64,000 nt of DNA from Rhodosorus marinus CCMP1338 (GCA_029953675.1 JAMWBK010000011.1:1116001-1180000); one strand, 5' to 3'; counted from the first letter of the stretch, positions 36,044 to 48,785 are shown. The notes: generated by a model not told the origin, from the sequence alone. Program-made: numbers and translations.

Positions 36044-38688
36044 ATGGTTGTTTTCCATGGGACTTTGGACGTAACTGTGAAGGAAGCTCGAGGGCTTCAC
36101 GGGGGTGGGTGCTGTAGCCCGGTTCCTGACCCTTACGTGAAGGCTTACCTTGGGAAAGCTGATTTGTTCAAGACTGATCGGAAGGAGGATACTCTTGAGC
36201 CGAAATGGGAGGAGAATTTTTCTCTGCAGATAGCGACACACACGGAGGATCTGGTGTTCAAGGTGAAGAGCAGCACCAAGCCGATGGGAGTAGTGAAGAT
36301 TAAGGCCGAGAACGTCATGAAGGAGCTGTCAATTGACAAGTGGTATACACTCACGCATGAACATCTAAAAAGAAACTGTGGTGAGCTTCATTTGGCTATC
36401 AACTTCATTCCTGCAAGTAGCCTCGAGGGTGGTGACCTGGAGGTTAAGAGGACCTACTTCCCGATGAGAAAGGGCTGCAAGGTGAGGATGTACCAGGACG
36501 CTGTTGTCTACGAAAATCAGCTGCCTCAAGCGCCACTCTCGAATGGAAATCTCTACTCCAATGGAAGCTGCTGGGAGGAACTGTACCAGGCGCTCGGGAG
36601 GGCAGAGAAGTTCATCTACGCGACTGGATGGTCGTTCTGGGTCCATACCGTCCTGATTCGAAAACAGTACAATGAAGATTCTCACTTTGGAAACCTGCTT
36701 GCGAAGAAAGCTGAGAGCGGATTAACCGTTCTCATGCTCATCTGGGACGATCAGACCTCCGGCGGGTTCATGAGTAAAGAAGGAATGATGGGAACGAAGG
36801 ACGAGGAGACGCGCGAGTTCTTCAGTAAATCCAAGGTTAACGCACAGCTCGTGGCGAGGGAAACCGATTCAAAGACCACCGGAGCTATTAAGAAGGCGTT
36901 TTCGAGCAGTGTTTACACTCACCACCAGAAATCGATCATTTTCGATCGAGTGGATGAGAACACGGGCAAGAGGAAGATCGCCGCCTTCGTTGGAGGACTT
37001 GACGTTACCACCGGCCGCTACGACAGTCCAGATCACCGGCTCTTCTCGACGCTGAAGGTAAGCCAAACCCGCAGCACGTATCGCTGATTCCTTCGTCTTC
37101 TGTCGTGCGCACCAACGCCTTTTTTTCGCTTTGCTTTGGAAAGTCTAAAACCAAGTTGTTGTGACCTGCCTTTTAAAATGCAGACCGACGAGCACAAGGA
37201 CGATTTTTACAGCAACTGCATCACTGGCGTAACCCCGAAAGGACCCCGGGAACCGTGGCATGACATCCATGGTCAAGTTGAGGGACCCATCGCAAGGGAC
37301 GTCATGAGAAACTTTGAAGAGCGGTGGAGGAAACAGGCATCCGCGCACGTTGGTAGCTTGATCAAGCCTGAGGAGCTTGATATCATCGCCGAGGGTGACG
37401 AGGCCAAGGTTACGGAGGAGTCAGACCCCGAGACCTGGAACGTCCAGTACTTTAGATCAATCGATGAGCGCTCTGCTGTGTTCGAGAGGGATCCGAAGAA
37501 GGACAGAGAAGTTTTCTTCAGCAAGAAGGGCCGGTGAGCACGTCCGCTGTTCATTTGGAAATATGCCCGCTTTTCCTTCTACACGGAGCTTCGTTTTCGC
37601 CTGACCCCTCGTGATTGTTTCCGTTTGCGAACAACCCGCGCACTACAGGCCAATCGATGCGAGCATTCAAACTGCTTATGCGCACTACATCAGGACCGCA
37701 CAAAAATTCATCTACATCGAGAATCAGTACTTCCTTGGAAGCAGCAGCGAGTGGCGGAAGAGCATGTTCAAGGATTCCCTGGCAAACATGGAGGGTGCTA
37801 CGCATATTGTCCCGATGGAGATCACGCTGAAGATTGTTCAAAAGATCAAAGCTGGTGAGCATTTTTGTGCGTACATCGTCGTACCGTTGTTCCCAGAGGG
37901 ACTCCCGGAGAGCGGAGCTGTCCAGGAGATTCTTTGCTGGCAGAGGAACACCGTGCAGCTCATGTACCATCACATCTCGGAGGCCCTGAAGCAGAACAAG
38001 GACAAGCACCCTGGAAAGCAGGCGACTGATTTCTTGACCATTTTCACGGTCGGAAACAGAGAGTACCCACCGGAGGATGCTATGGATGATGAAGTTGCGA
38101 AGCAGGGCAGACACATGATCTATGTCCACTCCAAGATGATCATCGTTGATGACACGTAAGCATTTCCCCATTTACCTGCCGCAAGTCTATTGGCCAGCCG
38201 GCTGATCTTCTGTCAACGTACGTCTCTTCTTGCCAACCTCTATACGTTTCAGAGTCATTCTGATGGGTTCCGCGAACATTAACCAGCGGTCGATGGATGG
38301 CGGAAGAGACACTGAGATGGCCTTTGGAGCTCACCAGCCCAACTACACTGTTCAAATGTCGGGAGGGGAGCTTCCGAAAGGACAAGTTCATGGCTTCCGT
38401 ATGTCTCTTTTCGCTGAGCACCTCGGCGCCAAGCTGGAACCGTGGATGACCAACCCCAGCCTGCCGGAGGCGATGCGTACCGCTCGGGACCTCGCTGAGA
38501 AGAACTGGAAGGTGTACGCGGATACAAACGTGCAGGAAATGCCGGGACATCTCATGCTTTATCCTTATCAGATAGATTCTGTCAATGGCACCGTGTTCGC
38601 CGACCCGTTGAATACGAACTTCCCCGGAACAGAAGCCAGCGTGATGGGCAAAGAGCAAAGGTTCATGCCAGACTCTGCCACGATGTAG
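36044..38688 (+). CDS. PLD: Phospholipase D with N-terminal C2 domain (plant PLD-alpha-like; introns 37058-37183, 37534-37648, 38156-38252)
   Basis: C2 domain (FHGTLDVTV...PDPYVK...PKWEE), two HKD motifs (HHQKSIIFD, HSKMIIVDD), REPWHDIH, IYIENQYFLGS and GSANINQRSMDGGRDTE. Confidence 0.95.
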
Positions 38689-39416
38689 GCTACTTTCCGC
38701 TGTGTGTCGAGCAAGAAGGCCTCCCATCGAGCACACCGATTTTGACCATGGACAGGCACGCCTGACTGTTTACGTTTTGCCCAGTAGATGAAGAAAATTA
38801 AACACACCTTTTGATTAGGAAGGCCCATCAAAATCGAATGCACAAAAACCTCGAGGCAGCTGGACGAACCGCACTGAACTAGTTTGGTAGTCTGCCGATT
38901 GGCTCCAGGTTGACTTGAGAACGGGATGTGGGCTGGCAATGAGGTGCATAATTTCGCTATGCAGACGCCCGTCTCGTAATTAGATGTGGCAAAGGCGATT
39001 GTAATCACAACAACACGCAAAAGGCAGCTATCGCGAAAACGACCAAGCACAAAACGCCCCTGTCCATTCCACATAGAGAGGCCCCTCTGCGCGGAACACT
39101 CCATTTCAGCTTTCAGTAAGCCCAAAAAAACAGTAAGCAATGTTGAGGGGAAACACTTTATGTCCACTGAACATGCATAAATGCAAACCATGAATTACAG
39201 GATGTAATACACAGAGTCTATTCAGGTATGTAGAACACAGTTTGAGCTTCAAGATCTCCCAGCTGTGTGTGTGAAGAGCTCATGCGAAACGGAAGTATAC
39301 AAAGTACACAGAAGTCACAATCCCAAAGCTACTTCGTAAAAAATCTAATTATTTAGATCGCTATAAAACTACTACCAAAAGTATTTAAATTGCTATAATC
39401 TCGTTCACGTATTAAT

Positions 39417-39488
39417 GTTCCTGTAGTATAGGGGTCAGTACACCCGCCTGTCACGCGGGAGACCCGGGTTCAATTCCCGGCGGGATCG
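39417..39488 (+). tRNA. trnD: tRNA-Asp(GTC)
   Basis: Cloverleaf: anticodon arm CCCGC-CTGTCAC-GCGGG (GTC at 39450-39452), T arm CCGGG-TTCAATT-CCCGG, G73 discriminator, and downstream T tracts. Confidence 0.95.
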
Positions 39489-39991
39489 CTTTCCTTTTGC
39501 GGTGGCCTTTTTATTTTTCGTTGGACAATGACGTCCAAGAATCAGCACTCATCAAACCAAACTAGGCGATACATGAAAAAGCAAGAATGCCCTTGAGGCG
39601 ATGATTTATTGTGGAGGTCATTTGGACTAGACCCGAAAATTGATGCAGACACCTCGAGAGAAAGGAGGTGGGTCAAGGTTCACCCCAATAGGATCCTCGT
39701 GAATTGGATAACCAAATAAGCCAAAGAGCCTCAACTTGGATTTATCGGTCGGTCATTTTCAAGTGAAGATCGCTAGCTAGTGCCTAAGGAAATGACATGG
39801 TTCTTAATCACTTCCAATCGTACTGCGCTCGAAGAGTTGAGAACTTTACTGAATATGCATATGTTGTCTACCTAGCAGGAGATATCTTGTAGAACAGAGT
39901 CCGACGCAAGAGGAAGGTGAAAGGGTGAAGGAGTCCGCCCACGACTGGGTAGGGTTTTCTCTTCGGGCTCTCACGTAGTCCCAGTTGCGCC

Positions 39992-40030
39992 TAGTCGGAC
40001 TATTGCATGTCAACAACAATAGTCCGACTA
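39992..40030. other. Perfect 14-bp inverted repeat (hairpin) just 3' of the small secreted-protein gene
   Basis: tagtcggactattg-N11-caatagtccgacta. Confidence 0.85.
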
Positions 40031-40055
40031 AGCACAGCTACTGTTGACTACACTA

Positions 40056-40391
40056 TTAGTAGTCCAGAGGTTCAACTGACTGTACAATTCCTATTCGTCG
40101 CTCCATATCGTTTGCGCTTTCATCGCCAGACCCGCCACCGCCGTGGGTAAAAAAAAATCTATCGCCATCTTTTATAGCCAGAGTTTCGTCCTCTTCGGCA
40201 TCTTGGGAATCTGACTGCTCTTCGGAAGAGCTCGGAGGCTGCTCCCGGCTCTGTCTTATCGAAGAGAATCTTAAATTTGCCTCCGCATCCAGAACCCGTA
40301 GCTCAGTTCTTCCCTTCACTGGGACAGATAAAACAACGTCCTGACCCAAAAGAACCGCGACCAAAAACAGAATACCGAACAACCGATTCAT
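40056..40391 (-). CDS. Small secreted acidic protein of unknown function (111 aa)
   Basis: ATG at 40391. Signal peptide MNRLFGILFLVAVLLGQDVVLS is followed by an S/E/D-rich region. Confidence 0.6.
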   Translation of the reverse strand: MNRLFGILFLVAVLLGQDVVLSVPVKGRTELRVLDAEANLRFSSIRQSREQPPSSSEEQSDSQDAEEDETLAIKDGDRFFFTHGGGGSGDESANDMERRIGIVQSVEPLDY

Positions 40392-41565
40392 CTCACTCAA
40401 TTTCACGGGGACTGTATACCTAACAGAGAGATTACGCACGCTGAGATTCAACCAAATGTAATCCTAGTCCTTATATAGACTGTTTAGGACCTTCCACTTT
40501 GTCCAACAACTTGATGGGCATCGACCCCCCCGATGCCCACTTTGTTAGCAGCCGATCGGGTCAATGACGCAAACCTGACAGTAAATCTACAATAATAATA
40601 ATAAAACTGAGTCACCTCAAAATTTCTTAGCTAATATAATATTCAAAATAATTGTTTAGTAAAACTGTTTAGAGGTATAAACCGATTCGTGCATAGTAAT
40701 TGGTGAAGATGAAAACTTCTGGCCAATCATAAGTCCAAATGGTTTATCTTACACTCATTGGGATTTGTTTTGGTTTATTTTGTAATTGTTTGCATGTGGT
40801 TTTTGGTTAGCCCAAATATGTAATGTGCGGGGCATTGGGGACCGGTTACTGACAACCTCGATGTCTCTGGCTCGATGTGCCGCCTCGAATCGACTTCGCA
40901 CAAGTAAGGGAAGCATTGATGGTACAAGTTCGACTAAAATACGCCCGAAAGGTTGCACACCTTTCAGCACGACGAAGTTCTGCATTCTCGCCTCTTGACG
41001 TGTCGCGAATAGAATTTTGCAGCAAAAGGCCACCCACCGCTTTATTGCGGTGGTCTTGGTCAAGTTTTCTGCCAGTATTCGCACACGTCCGCACAACACC
41101 TCCTTCAGCTCAACGATTCAACCACGAAACGAACACCATCAAACTTGCTCGCTCCAGCCGGCGCCACTGCTGTCTTGTTCTCGAACTGCCATCCCTTCAG
41201 TTTTAATTCTTAGCTTCACACTGTATTCAAAACTCTGTTTGTCCCTGTTTCACAAACCATCAAGGGACTCCACTTTCACAGTCCAGTCTTGCAATATGAT
41301 CTCTTCCACATCAAAAGCTGCTGCCAACTACAAGCTAGTACATTCTAAATTTTTGTACTATATAAGAAAAATATACTACTTTAGTACAGTTTGTATTATG
41401 TACAAATATTAGTACCACACGGGAGACAATGTATGCTTTTAGAGACGCCGCGTCGATAGAGTTTGGGAAGGCTGTTCGAGAAGCTCCTCCGTCGTTTTGG
41501 TTCGTGTCTACTTCGAATCATCTTTTATGTAGAATCCTCTTCTTCGTTTAGTTGCTTCGAAGAAG

Positions 41566-42230
41566 ATGGATACTAGTAGATGGATATGTCTGTACCCAAG
41601 TTATCTAGACTCTGCCAAGACAATTGACAAGGTGAGGGTCAGGCGTTTTGGCCAGGCCTCCTCTCTATGGCGGTTGAATGCTTTCTGGGTTCTTATCGTT
41701 ATTTTCTGTATCTTTGTGACTTCTGATATGTTGCTGGGTTTAGGGGAGGAAAATTGCCAAGGCAAAGGCGGTGGATGCTCCCCATGCTGAGGAAGTCTAC
41801 GCTACGGTCAGGTTTATGGGATTTGAGGCGGTGCTTGAGAAGAAGTACTACTCGAAAAACTTTCATTATTCCACTGACCTGTATTCGCGTGGGAGAATTC
41901 GTGTAAAGCTGTTCGATGAGAACAAGAAACCAATCCGGCCCGAGATTGGAAGCCGTAAGTTGGTCTATTGTGGAGTCCAAAGCAAAAACGGGTATATTGA
42001 TCCTGACTCTCTTTCGCTTCATATACGTCGTATCATTTTTCTGCTCCGGCTTCACAGGAAGGGCTCTGTTTGTTCAGGTCGCTAATAACATTCCAAAGTA
42101 TCGAGAAAAGTATGGAAGAAAAGTAGACCAACTGAGCCAAGCGATGACGGCTCCCGCGGCAACTGCCTCAGGAGGCTCCTCGAAGAAGGCTGGCAAAAGC
42201 AATAAGAAGGGTGGAAAGAAGAAGAAGTAG
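41566..42230 (+). CDS. SRP19: Signal recognition particle 19 kDa protein (introns 41632-41743, 41955-42057)
   Basis: WICLYPSYLDSAKTIDK|GRKIAK, RGRIRVKLF, R|RALFVQVANNIP and a basic GKKKK tail. Confidence 0.93.
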
Positions 42231-42582
42231 AATGACGAAATTCCGAAATTCCCACCTACCAGAAAACTGGATAACCTCTCTGCGCTCTGATGACTCAAAT
42301 TAGTCTATTTTATCAATTCGCTTGAAAGGTTCGATCATCGAAAGGAAAACGATGTAACCCTTTTCTGTACACAGTCGCACCCAAGCCGAAGGTGTCAAAA
42401 CTCCGGCAAAGACTGCAAGATATGGTTAGTCTTCATACTAAAACATGAGAAGGTGCTACGACCAAAGAATGTCGAGCCATGCGAATCCCTAGTAGACGCT
42501 CCTATCTTTCCGGTTGGTTCAAAACTGATGTTGCTCAGTGTTCTCTCCGCCTATGCTCCCAGCTTTGCGCCTCAAAATAAGT

Positions 42583-43711
42583 CTACATAATCAATGACTG
42601 AACTGATATTCGCTTTTGATTCGTCGTGTGGTTGCTACTATCAGTGACGCCCGTCTCCTCTGTTTCTGATGGCTCCTCGTCTCGCATTTCAGCATCGACC
42701 GCGGTTGAGTCCTTTGCTCCTTCCTCTCGATCCTCAGCTCCTCTACCATCCCTCTTGTCCAATTCCATTGGCTCAAACACATCCGTAGCCTCTTCCTTGG
42801 ACCCAACAGTCACCGTCGTACCATCGTTAGCCGCATCAGCTTTTGGAAAATGTTCCTTCCGAGCCAATGGACTCATCACATGACCCGAGCTAATCACTTC
42901 TTCGTTTCCCTCACCTGCCTGTTTCTCTTCATTCTCTTCCTCCTCCTCTTCATCGTCGTAGTCCTCCTCATCTTCCTCTTGGGCTTTGGCTTTCCCTTCC
43001 GCTAACGCCAGTCCACGAGCGACCGCAGCCTGTCTAGTCTCTTCCGACATCTCCTTTACCGGTTCGCTGTCCTTTACCTCCTGTACGGATGGACTTGGTT
43101 TCGGCAACGACTTGGCAGATGAGTCCAAGGCGTCTTTGTTGTGCTTCATCTCAGTCTCCATCTTTGGCGGTCTGCCTCTCTTCTTCTTCAAAGATGGATC
43201 ACTAGGTACGCTCGAACGTTCACGCTTGACTGTCTTCTTCACGGGTTTCTTCTCCTGTAGCGGGCCTAGTTCTGGTACCTTTGATCGATGTAGCAATGTC
43301 CGTACTTTCTCAGTGTGCGCTGATCAAGTCGTTGTCGAGGAAGGCAGAAAGTTCTTACCTTCGAGAAAGTCTCGCGAAGAAAGTCATACGATTCCTCCCG
43401 GGTGACACACTCCTTTAAGTGCTGGGGAGTGATCGATTTTGACGACCTCTCCTCAGCTATGGCCGCGCTCTTTCTCATCAAATCCTCAATAATCAACTCT
43501 AGTGCCTTGCTCACCTTCGATCGACCGGACCGGGAACATGAACAAAAACAACAATCAGAACAAACAAACACAGAACAAAACTCAGATCGAGAACAGCAAA
43601 GCATACCAGAACAGGCGTCGAAGTAGCAATCTTGCCAACGTCCTCATCTGCCTGCATGATCTTCTTGATCCTCGCAGGCGGAAACGCACTCGCAACCTTT
43701 CTTCTTCCCAT
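42583..43711 (-). CDS. DRAP1: NC2-alpha (DRAP1/Bur6) histone-fold protein with long acidic/basic C-terminal tail (introns 43515-43606, 43279-43358)
   Basis: FPPARIKKIMQADEDVGKIATSTPVL|VSKALELIIEDL...ITPQHLKECV...YDFLRETFSK|VPE. Confidence 0.92.
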
Positions 43712-44475
43712 CCTCCCTCTCTTCCTCCCAGACTTCACCGCGCTCTCTTTCTCCCACGGGATTCCTTTCCAGATGTTTTCAACGGCAGAAGTCCCAGACC
43801 AGAGAATGTCCCTTCCTCCACAGACCAGAACTGATACTATTACAATAGAACTATCCCACTATCCCTCTCGCCAAAACCCCACAAGTCCGCTCCCAAACCA
43901 AAACCCCGTTTTCTGTAATACTCAAAGGCCAATAAGTCAATTCATATATTTTCGAAATCTTTAGACCATAATCGCTTATTCCGTATCTTTAGTCCGAATT
44001 TATCTTTAACTACTCTGGATATACGAGTAGAGTATGATTTGGGTGGAGTTTGAAGATCAGTGATGAACGTGGTGTGCTGTCGATTTTGTGAGATTTGTGT
44101 GTGTTGAGGTACCCCGTTGGTGTGCCCTGTTGGTCCACCCCGCCTGTGTGTTTGACGTTGATTCATGCTCCGTGTTAAAGATTGAATCTTAGTTAGTGGC
44201 CACGATACTTCAGCTACGACTGGTATGCACGGCAATGGTTGATCAATGCCGCGCATAGTAGGAGTGGAGTCTTCTTTTTTTTCACCTCAGCCTTCCTCTC
44301 TGAGGAGCATAACTAAAGTCCAATGAGCTGTAGACGTGGACTGGACAACTAGTAAAGTTAACAGGGTCCTTTTTTTGGTTGAATCATATCCTCTTTAGTT
44401 TAGTGTACATTTTGTCGCGCGACCCGAACCATAAGCTTGTGGTGGGTCTACGCCTATCTAATGGTGTTGACTATC

Positions 44476-45330
44476 TCATGCAGATTCCACTGGGATCACA
44501 TATTCAACCTCGGCTACACGTGGAGCGGAGATCGTTAGAATGCCGTTCTTTAGACCAGCCCTAACTTTTTCGACGTCTACTTGCCCTGGAGTGTAGAACG
44601 AGTATTCGTACTGACGCTGAGAGTCTTCAACAATCATTTTGAAAGCGTGCTTAACCCGGTTCAGGCTAATTTGCTCCTTGGAAACGCCGGGTACTCTTAT
44701 TGAAGTCGAAAACGATCCCTCCTCCTCCTCTACACTGTCTTCAATAGCGACAGAAGTCGGTGATATCTTCGGCACGCTCACAGTTAATACACCGTTCCTG
44801 CAGATTGCCGCGATATCGTCCGCCGAAGCGTCCTTTGGGATTCTGTAATCGTCGGAGAAGTTCCTGAAGTACTGGTTGTTCTCGGCGGTCACCTTGATCA
44901 CCAGTGTGTTTCCATTAACTGTCACCGCGACATTGTCCTTGCTGGCTCCGGGAACCTGATATGCGAGCTTGTAGTCGCTTTCTCCTGGTTCACCAGAATC
45001 CTGAACGATCACATCTCGTGCAGCTTTCTCGGTTTGCTTCGGCACCGTTATCTGCAAAACTCCATTGCTCATCACCGCCTTTGCTTCCTCATGGACTGCA
45101 TTCTTCGGAAGAGCAAATCTTTGATCAAACTGGAACTTTGCGTCTTCTTTTCCAGCCTTGATGTCAAGCTTGTTTCCCACGATTTTCAGCTCCACGGCTT
45201 CTCGACCAACACCGGCCAGTACAATCGTAAACGTGTACCCGGATTCCGTCTCCTCCTGAGACATCCTCGCCCTCGGTCCATACCTCACACTGTCAAACAG
45301 CATCGGCAATCGGAATAGGTCTAGCTCCAT
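44476..45330 (-). CDS. Small heat-shock protein with three tandem alpha-crystallin domains (284 aa)
   Basis: Three repeats end in SNGVLQITVPK, RNGVLTVSVPK and KNGILTISAPR, each preceded by a (A/P)G(V/A)xxxxx segment. ATG at 45330. Confidence 0.9.
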   Translation of the reverse strand: MELDLFRLPMLFDSVRYGPRARMSQEETESGYTFTIVLAGVGREAVELKIVGNKLDIKAGKEDAKFQFDQRFALPKNAVHEEAKAVMSNGVLQITVPKQTEKAARDVIVQDSGEPGESDYKLAYQVPGASKDNVAVTVNGNTLVIKVTAENNQYFRNFSDDYRIPKDASADDIAAICRNGVLTVSVPKISPTSVAIEDSVEEEEGSFSTSIRVPGVSKEQISLNRVKHAFKMIVEDSQRQYEYSFYTPGQVDVEKVRAGLKNGILTISAPRVAEVEYVIPVESA

Positions 45331-45447
45331 TATTTTGTTCGCGTTCGTCTCAAAACACTTGTCTCTCTTCACACAAATTGTCCTCTGATCCATTCTTTGC
45401 CCGAAACTATTTGCTACCGGACTCCACAAATACCTCCATGACCACCC

Positions 45448-45800
45448 TATTTATATCCTTACGAACCCTAGCACTGCCAGTAAACCCATCCAGACGGACC
45501 CCAGTCCTCCATTCGCTCTCGAACAATCTGCAGAGATCGATTCCTTAACCAAAACAATATCCAGATCAAAATTAACTAAGAAACACGTAATTCTCAAAGT
45601 TGCGCAGCGTTTCAAGAAAAATCTAGTGGCATCTAAAATCTTCAAAAAAAGCCTTTCTAACTGTTCTGGAAATGAACAACTATTTCTAGATCTTATTAGA
45701 GACTATATATATTGAATATGAGTAAAATCGTATGTTTTGTTGTTCGGTAGTTCTTTTTATAGAATATTTTAGATCATTCTGGTACTTTCTAGAAGTCTCT
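45448..45800 (-). promoter_or_regulatory. Hsp20 promoter: TATA box (45448-45455) and heat-shock-element cores TTCnnGAA at 45611, 45664 and 45787
   Basis: TATAAATA lies on the minus strand about 120 bp upstream of the ATG. ttcaagaa, ttctggaa and ttctagaa match the established HSF nTTCnnGAAn unit. Confidence 0.6.
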
Positions 45801-46443
45801 TCCCTCGGGCGCTTTTTCGGGGCTAAGATTTGGATGGAGGTGATTGGCTGGGATGGATCGAGGTTGGTCGGTTTTTCCGAGAGGGTTTGTCCAGATGCTC
45901 TTACTAGTGAGTTTGCGCTCATGAACCAAGTGGAGTATTTGCCTCATGTTCTGGAGAACCACGCTAACTACTTTGTTTTTGGGCATCTGTAATGTGAAAC
46001 ACTGCGGATTGTTGGGAGTCAAAACAGTGGGGATGTGGCCCGTCTCCGGGCATGCGAATGAGAAGCGGGGAGTTGGTTTTAGTTCCTGCGTGGTCTTTTT
46101 TGCTGAGGGTTGAGATGAGTCGGCACGTGCCATGAATCCAGGGAATTTTCGTCGTCGTTGTATGGTTTTTGGTGTGGGAAGATCAACGCTGATACCTCGT
46201 GCTACTGGACACGTGCATTCTCCCCCGCTCCGACCACAGCCGCGCGTTGAACTGAACAATAGAGAACAATCTACGACCCGGATCAACATTCGAACTGGAA
46301 AGCCGTCACTTTCTCTGGTGATAATCGGGGCAGGTCATACGCTATAATACAAGGGTGGGATATCAAGTGCTGAACAAATGATTGCCGGCAACGTTTCAGC
46401 GGCAGAACATAATGAAAAAAAAATAAATCGTTGGCAAAATAAT

Positions 46444-47658
46444 TTAGTTCTTTACGGTATGAATCGCTCTGATCAAGTCCATGGCCTCTTCAACGTCCTG
46501 AACGACGTAGTCAGCCGGGTCTTTCGGATCGTTGTCGAGGTTTCCATTGAACACCCCGGTGCGGACGAGAATGCTCTTGTAACTCTTTCCTGCACGGTTC
46601 GCACCCGCAATGTCACTTCTGGGATTGTCCCCAATGGCGTAGATCGTCTCAGGTACAGTCCCTGATTTGGATTGTGCCGCCAACCGCCTCTCAGTAGTCC
46701 GGTACGCGGGAGGAAAAGGCTTCCCGAAACTCTTCACCTCAAGCTCACGCCCGGTTGTCTCTCTAAACAGCATTTCCAAACATCTCATGAAAGCCCCTGG
46801 ACCGAGTCTGGGATTCCGGAATCCAGTCGCAAAGACGAAATCATAGTTGCAGCAGTAGAGATCAACCATCTGCTCGTCCATGCTGCTACCAACTCGTCCG
46901 TCAGATCTTAAAACGTCAAGGATCACCTGCAGATCTTCGTGCCAGTCTGTCGAGTTCTCAATCACAACAACTGCAGACACTTTCTCTTCTTCCGCGGCAA
47001 TCACGAGGTCTGGGTCTTCATAGGCCGTCAACTTTCTTCCAGGATAGAGCTTCCGTGCCAACAGTACCGAGTTAGGTTCACCTTTCTACCAGTTGATAGA
47101 ACAGACATCAGATATTCTACGCATTCTTACCTTATTGGGAACCAAGTACGGTCGCTTTTGGGCGTATTCACGGACCGTCTGAACGTTTTTGAAGCCCTTG
47201 AAAAAGAGAATGTCTCTGACGTCTCCAGTTGAAAACCCCGTGACGAGAACCAAGCCTTGCTTCACCTCATCGGGAAGGTCACTAAGCGGCGTGTGAGCAC
47301 ATATCATTCTATCTGCCCGGATTTCAGGGCCCAGAACGCTACTGAGATAGTCGGCTCTAACAGATTCCAAGTCCATCGCGTTGTTCGTCAAGAACACATG
47401 TGGAACACCATACTCCTCACAGTACTCAACAGCCTCCTTACCTCCTTTCAGACGCTGTCTTCCATGAAGCAAGACACCATCAATATCAAAAACCACTCCG
47501 AAATCCTCCATTTCCACCACCTTCGCCCCCAATTTTCTCCGAAACCCACCCCCCGGCACCGAAGTCAAAGACTCAACTCCTGGCTCAGCACAAAAACACG
47601 CAGATCTATTCCCTCTTCTAAGTTGAAAAGACACACTGACAAATCCAGAACCATTCAT
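46444..47658 (-). CDS. HAD-superfamily class IIA hydrolase (CECR5/HDHD5-like), probably organelle-targeted (intron 47086-47130)
   Basis: FDIDGVLL, FLTNN, FGKP and IGDNPRSDIAGAN motifs; N-terminal presequence MNGSGFVSV... Confidence 0.9.
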
Positions 47659-48099
47659 CACCTTCTCAATTCCTCCTTCCAAACCTCAATCATCCTCTCA
47701 AGCTCCCACTCTTCCCCTCCTTTGTGCTCGACCAACCCAGTCCATTCCATCCTTTTCCCAACACGAAATGACTCTTTATATCGTTTTTCAACGTTTTCAT
47801 AATTAAAAAAAAGTCCTGTTCAATCGACAGCCACAAAGCAGAATTCCGATATCGGGTTTTACTATATTTTCATAGTACCCCCTAAAATATAGTATATTTA
47901 CATTTTATTATATTGGATTTAGTAAATTTTAGAGCTCTACGTTAAGTTTTTGTTTTATTTCAAGATGGTTAAGCCAATATATTCTAGATACATATATTTC
48001 GTCTCTAATGATTTGTTAAGATTATTTGTTTCACTTTGTTTTTGTGAAGTGCGTTTAAATTCTATATTTAGACGATTTCAGTTTGGATGCCGGGTAGGG

Positions 48100-48785
48100 C
48101 TTTTTGGCATAATCTATGCTTTCGCTTGGTGAGGGTTTGGAAGTCCTATCGCATTGGCGGCAGTTTGGTCTACGGATGGATGTTCTTGAGCCAACCGACA
48201 GGATTGATGCTAAAAGATGAAAGCTGCTGGATGTCTATCCATTCACATGAACTGAGCATTCGATTTTCGTTCCCGGATTCGACAATCTATCTGATTTTCC
48301 TTACGAATGACATAGGGCAACCTACACACTCTCTGACCGCGATAGATGTGGCGTTTTACTGGTCACGTGCAAGACTGGATGAGGATCTCGTTTGCATAGG
48401 TGGGTCCCACTTTTTGAGCTTGAAAGCGAAGTGCCCATGCGACGAATGAGATCAGTCCTGAGCCATGCTACTCGTTTGAGTGACTCGCTCTCTTGTCCAA
48501 CTACACAAGAACGACAGCGGCACATTTCTAGTTATCCGCGAAGGACGCGTGTAGAACGATTCCCCAATATAAAATTTACAGTTCCTTGCGGGCTTGCCTA
48601 GCTCAATACACGACGTCTCTTTCGCATCCGGGTCGTATGACCATGAGGAAAGGTATTTGCTCGACCGAATACTAAATTTACTTAACGACTTACAAATTAA
48701 AATGTACACTGCTTCCTTGTGTGGCAGGAGAACAATCCTGATGAGCTTAGCAGACGGCCTGCTCGAGAAAATTGAGAGCTCGTGA
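48100..48785 (+). CDS. Possible spliced gene of unknown function
   Basis: Protein-like open segments (SIHSHELSIRFSFPDSTIYLIFL...; YDHEERYLLDRILNLLNDLQIKMY...). Model unresolved. Confidence 0.25.

Noticed and set aside
38568-39191. 207-aa minus-strand ORF overlapping the PLD 3' end
   Set aside because: No recognisable motif and partly antisense to PLD; cannot be supported.
45789-46289. 166-aa minus-strand ORF between Hsp20 and the HAD gene
   Set aside because: No family signature, and it overlaps the Hsp20 promoter region.
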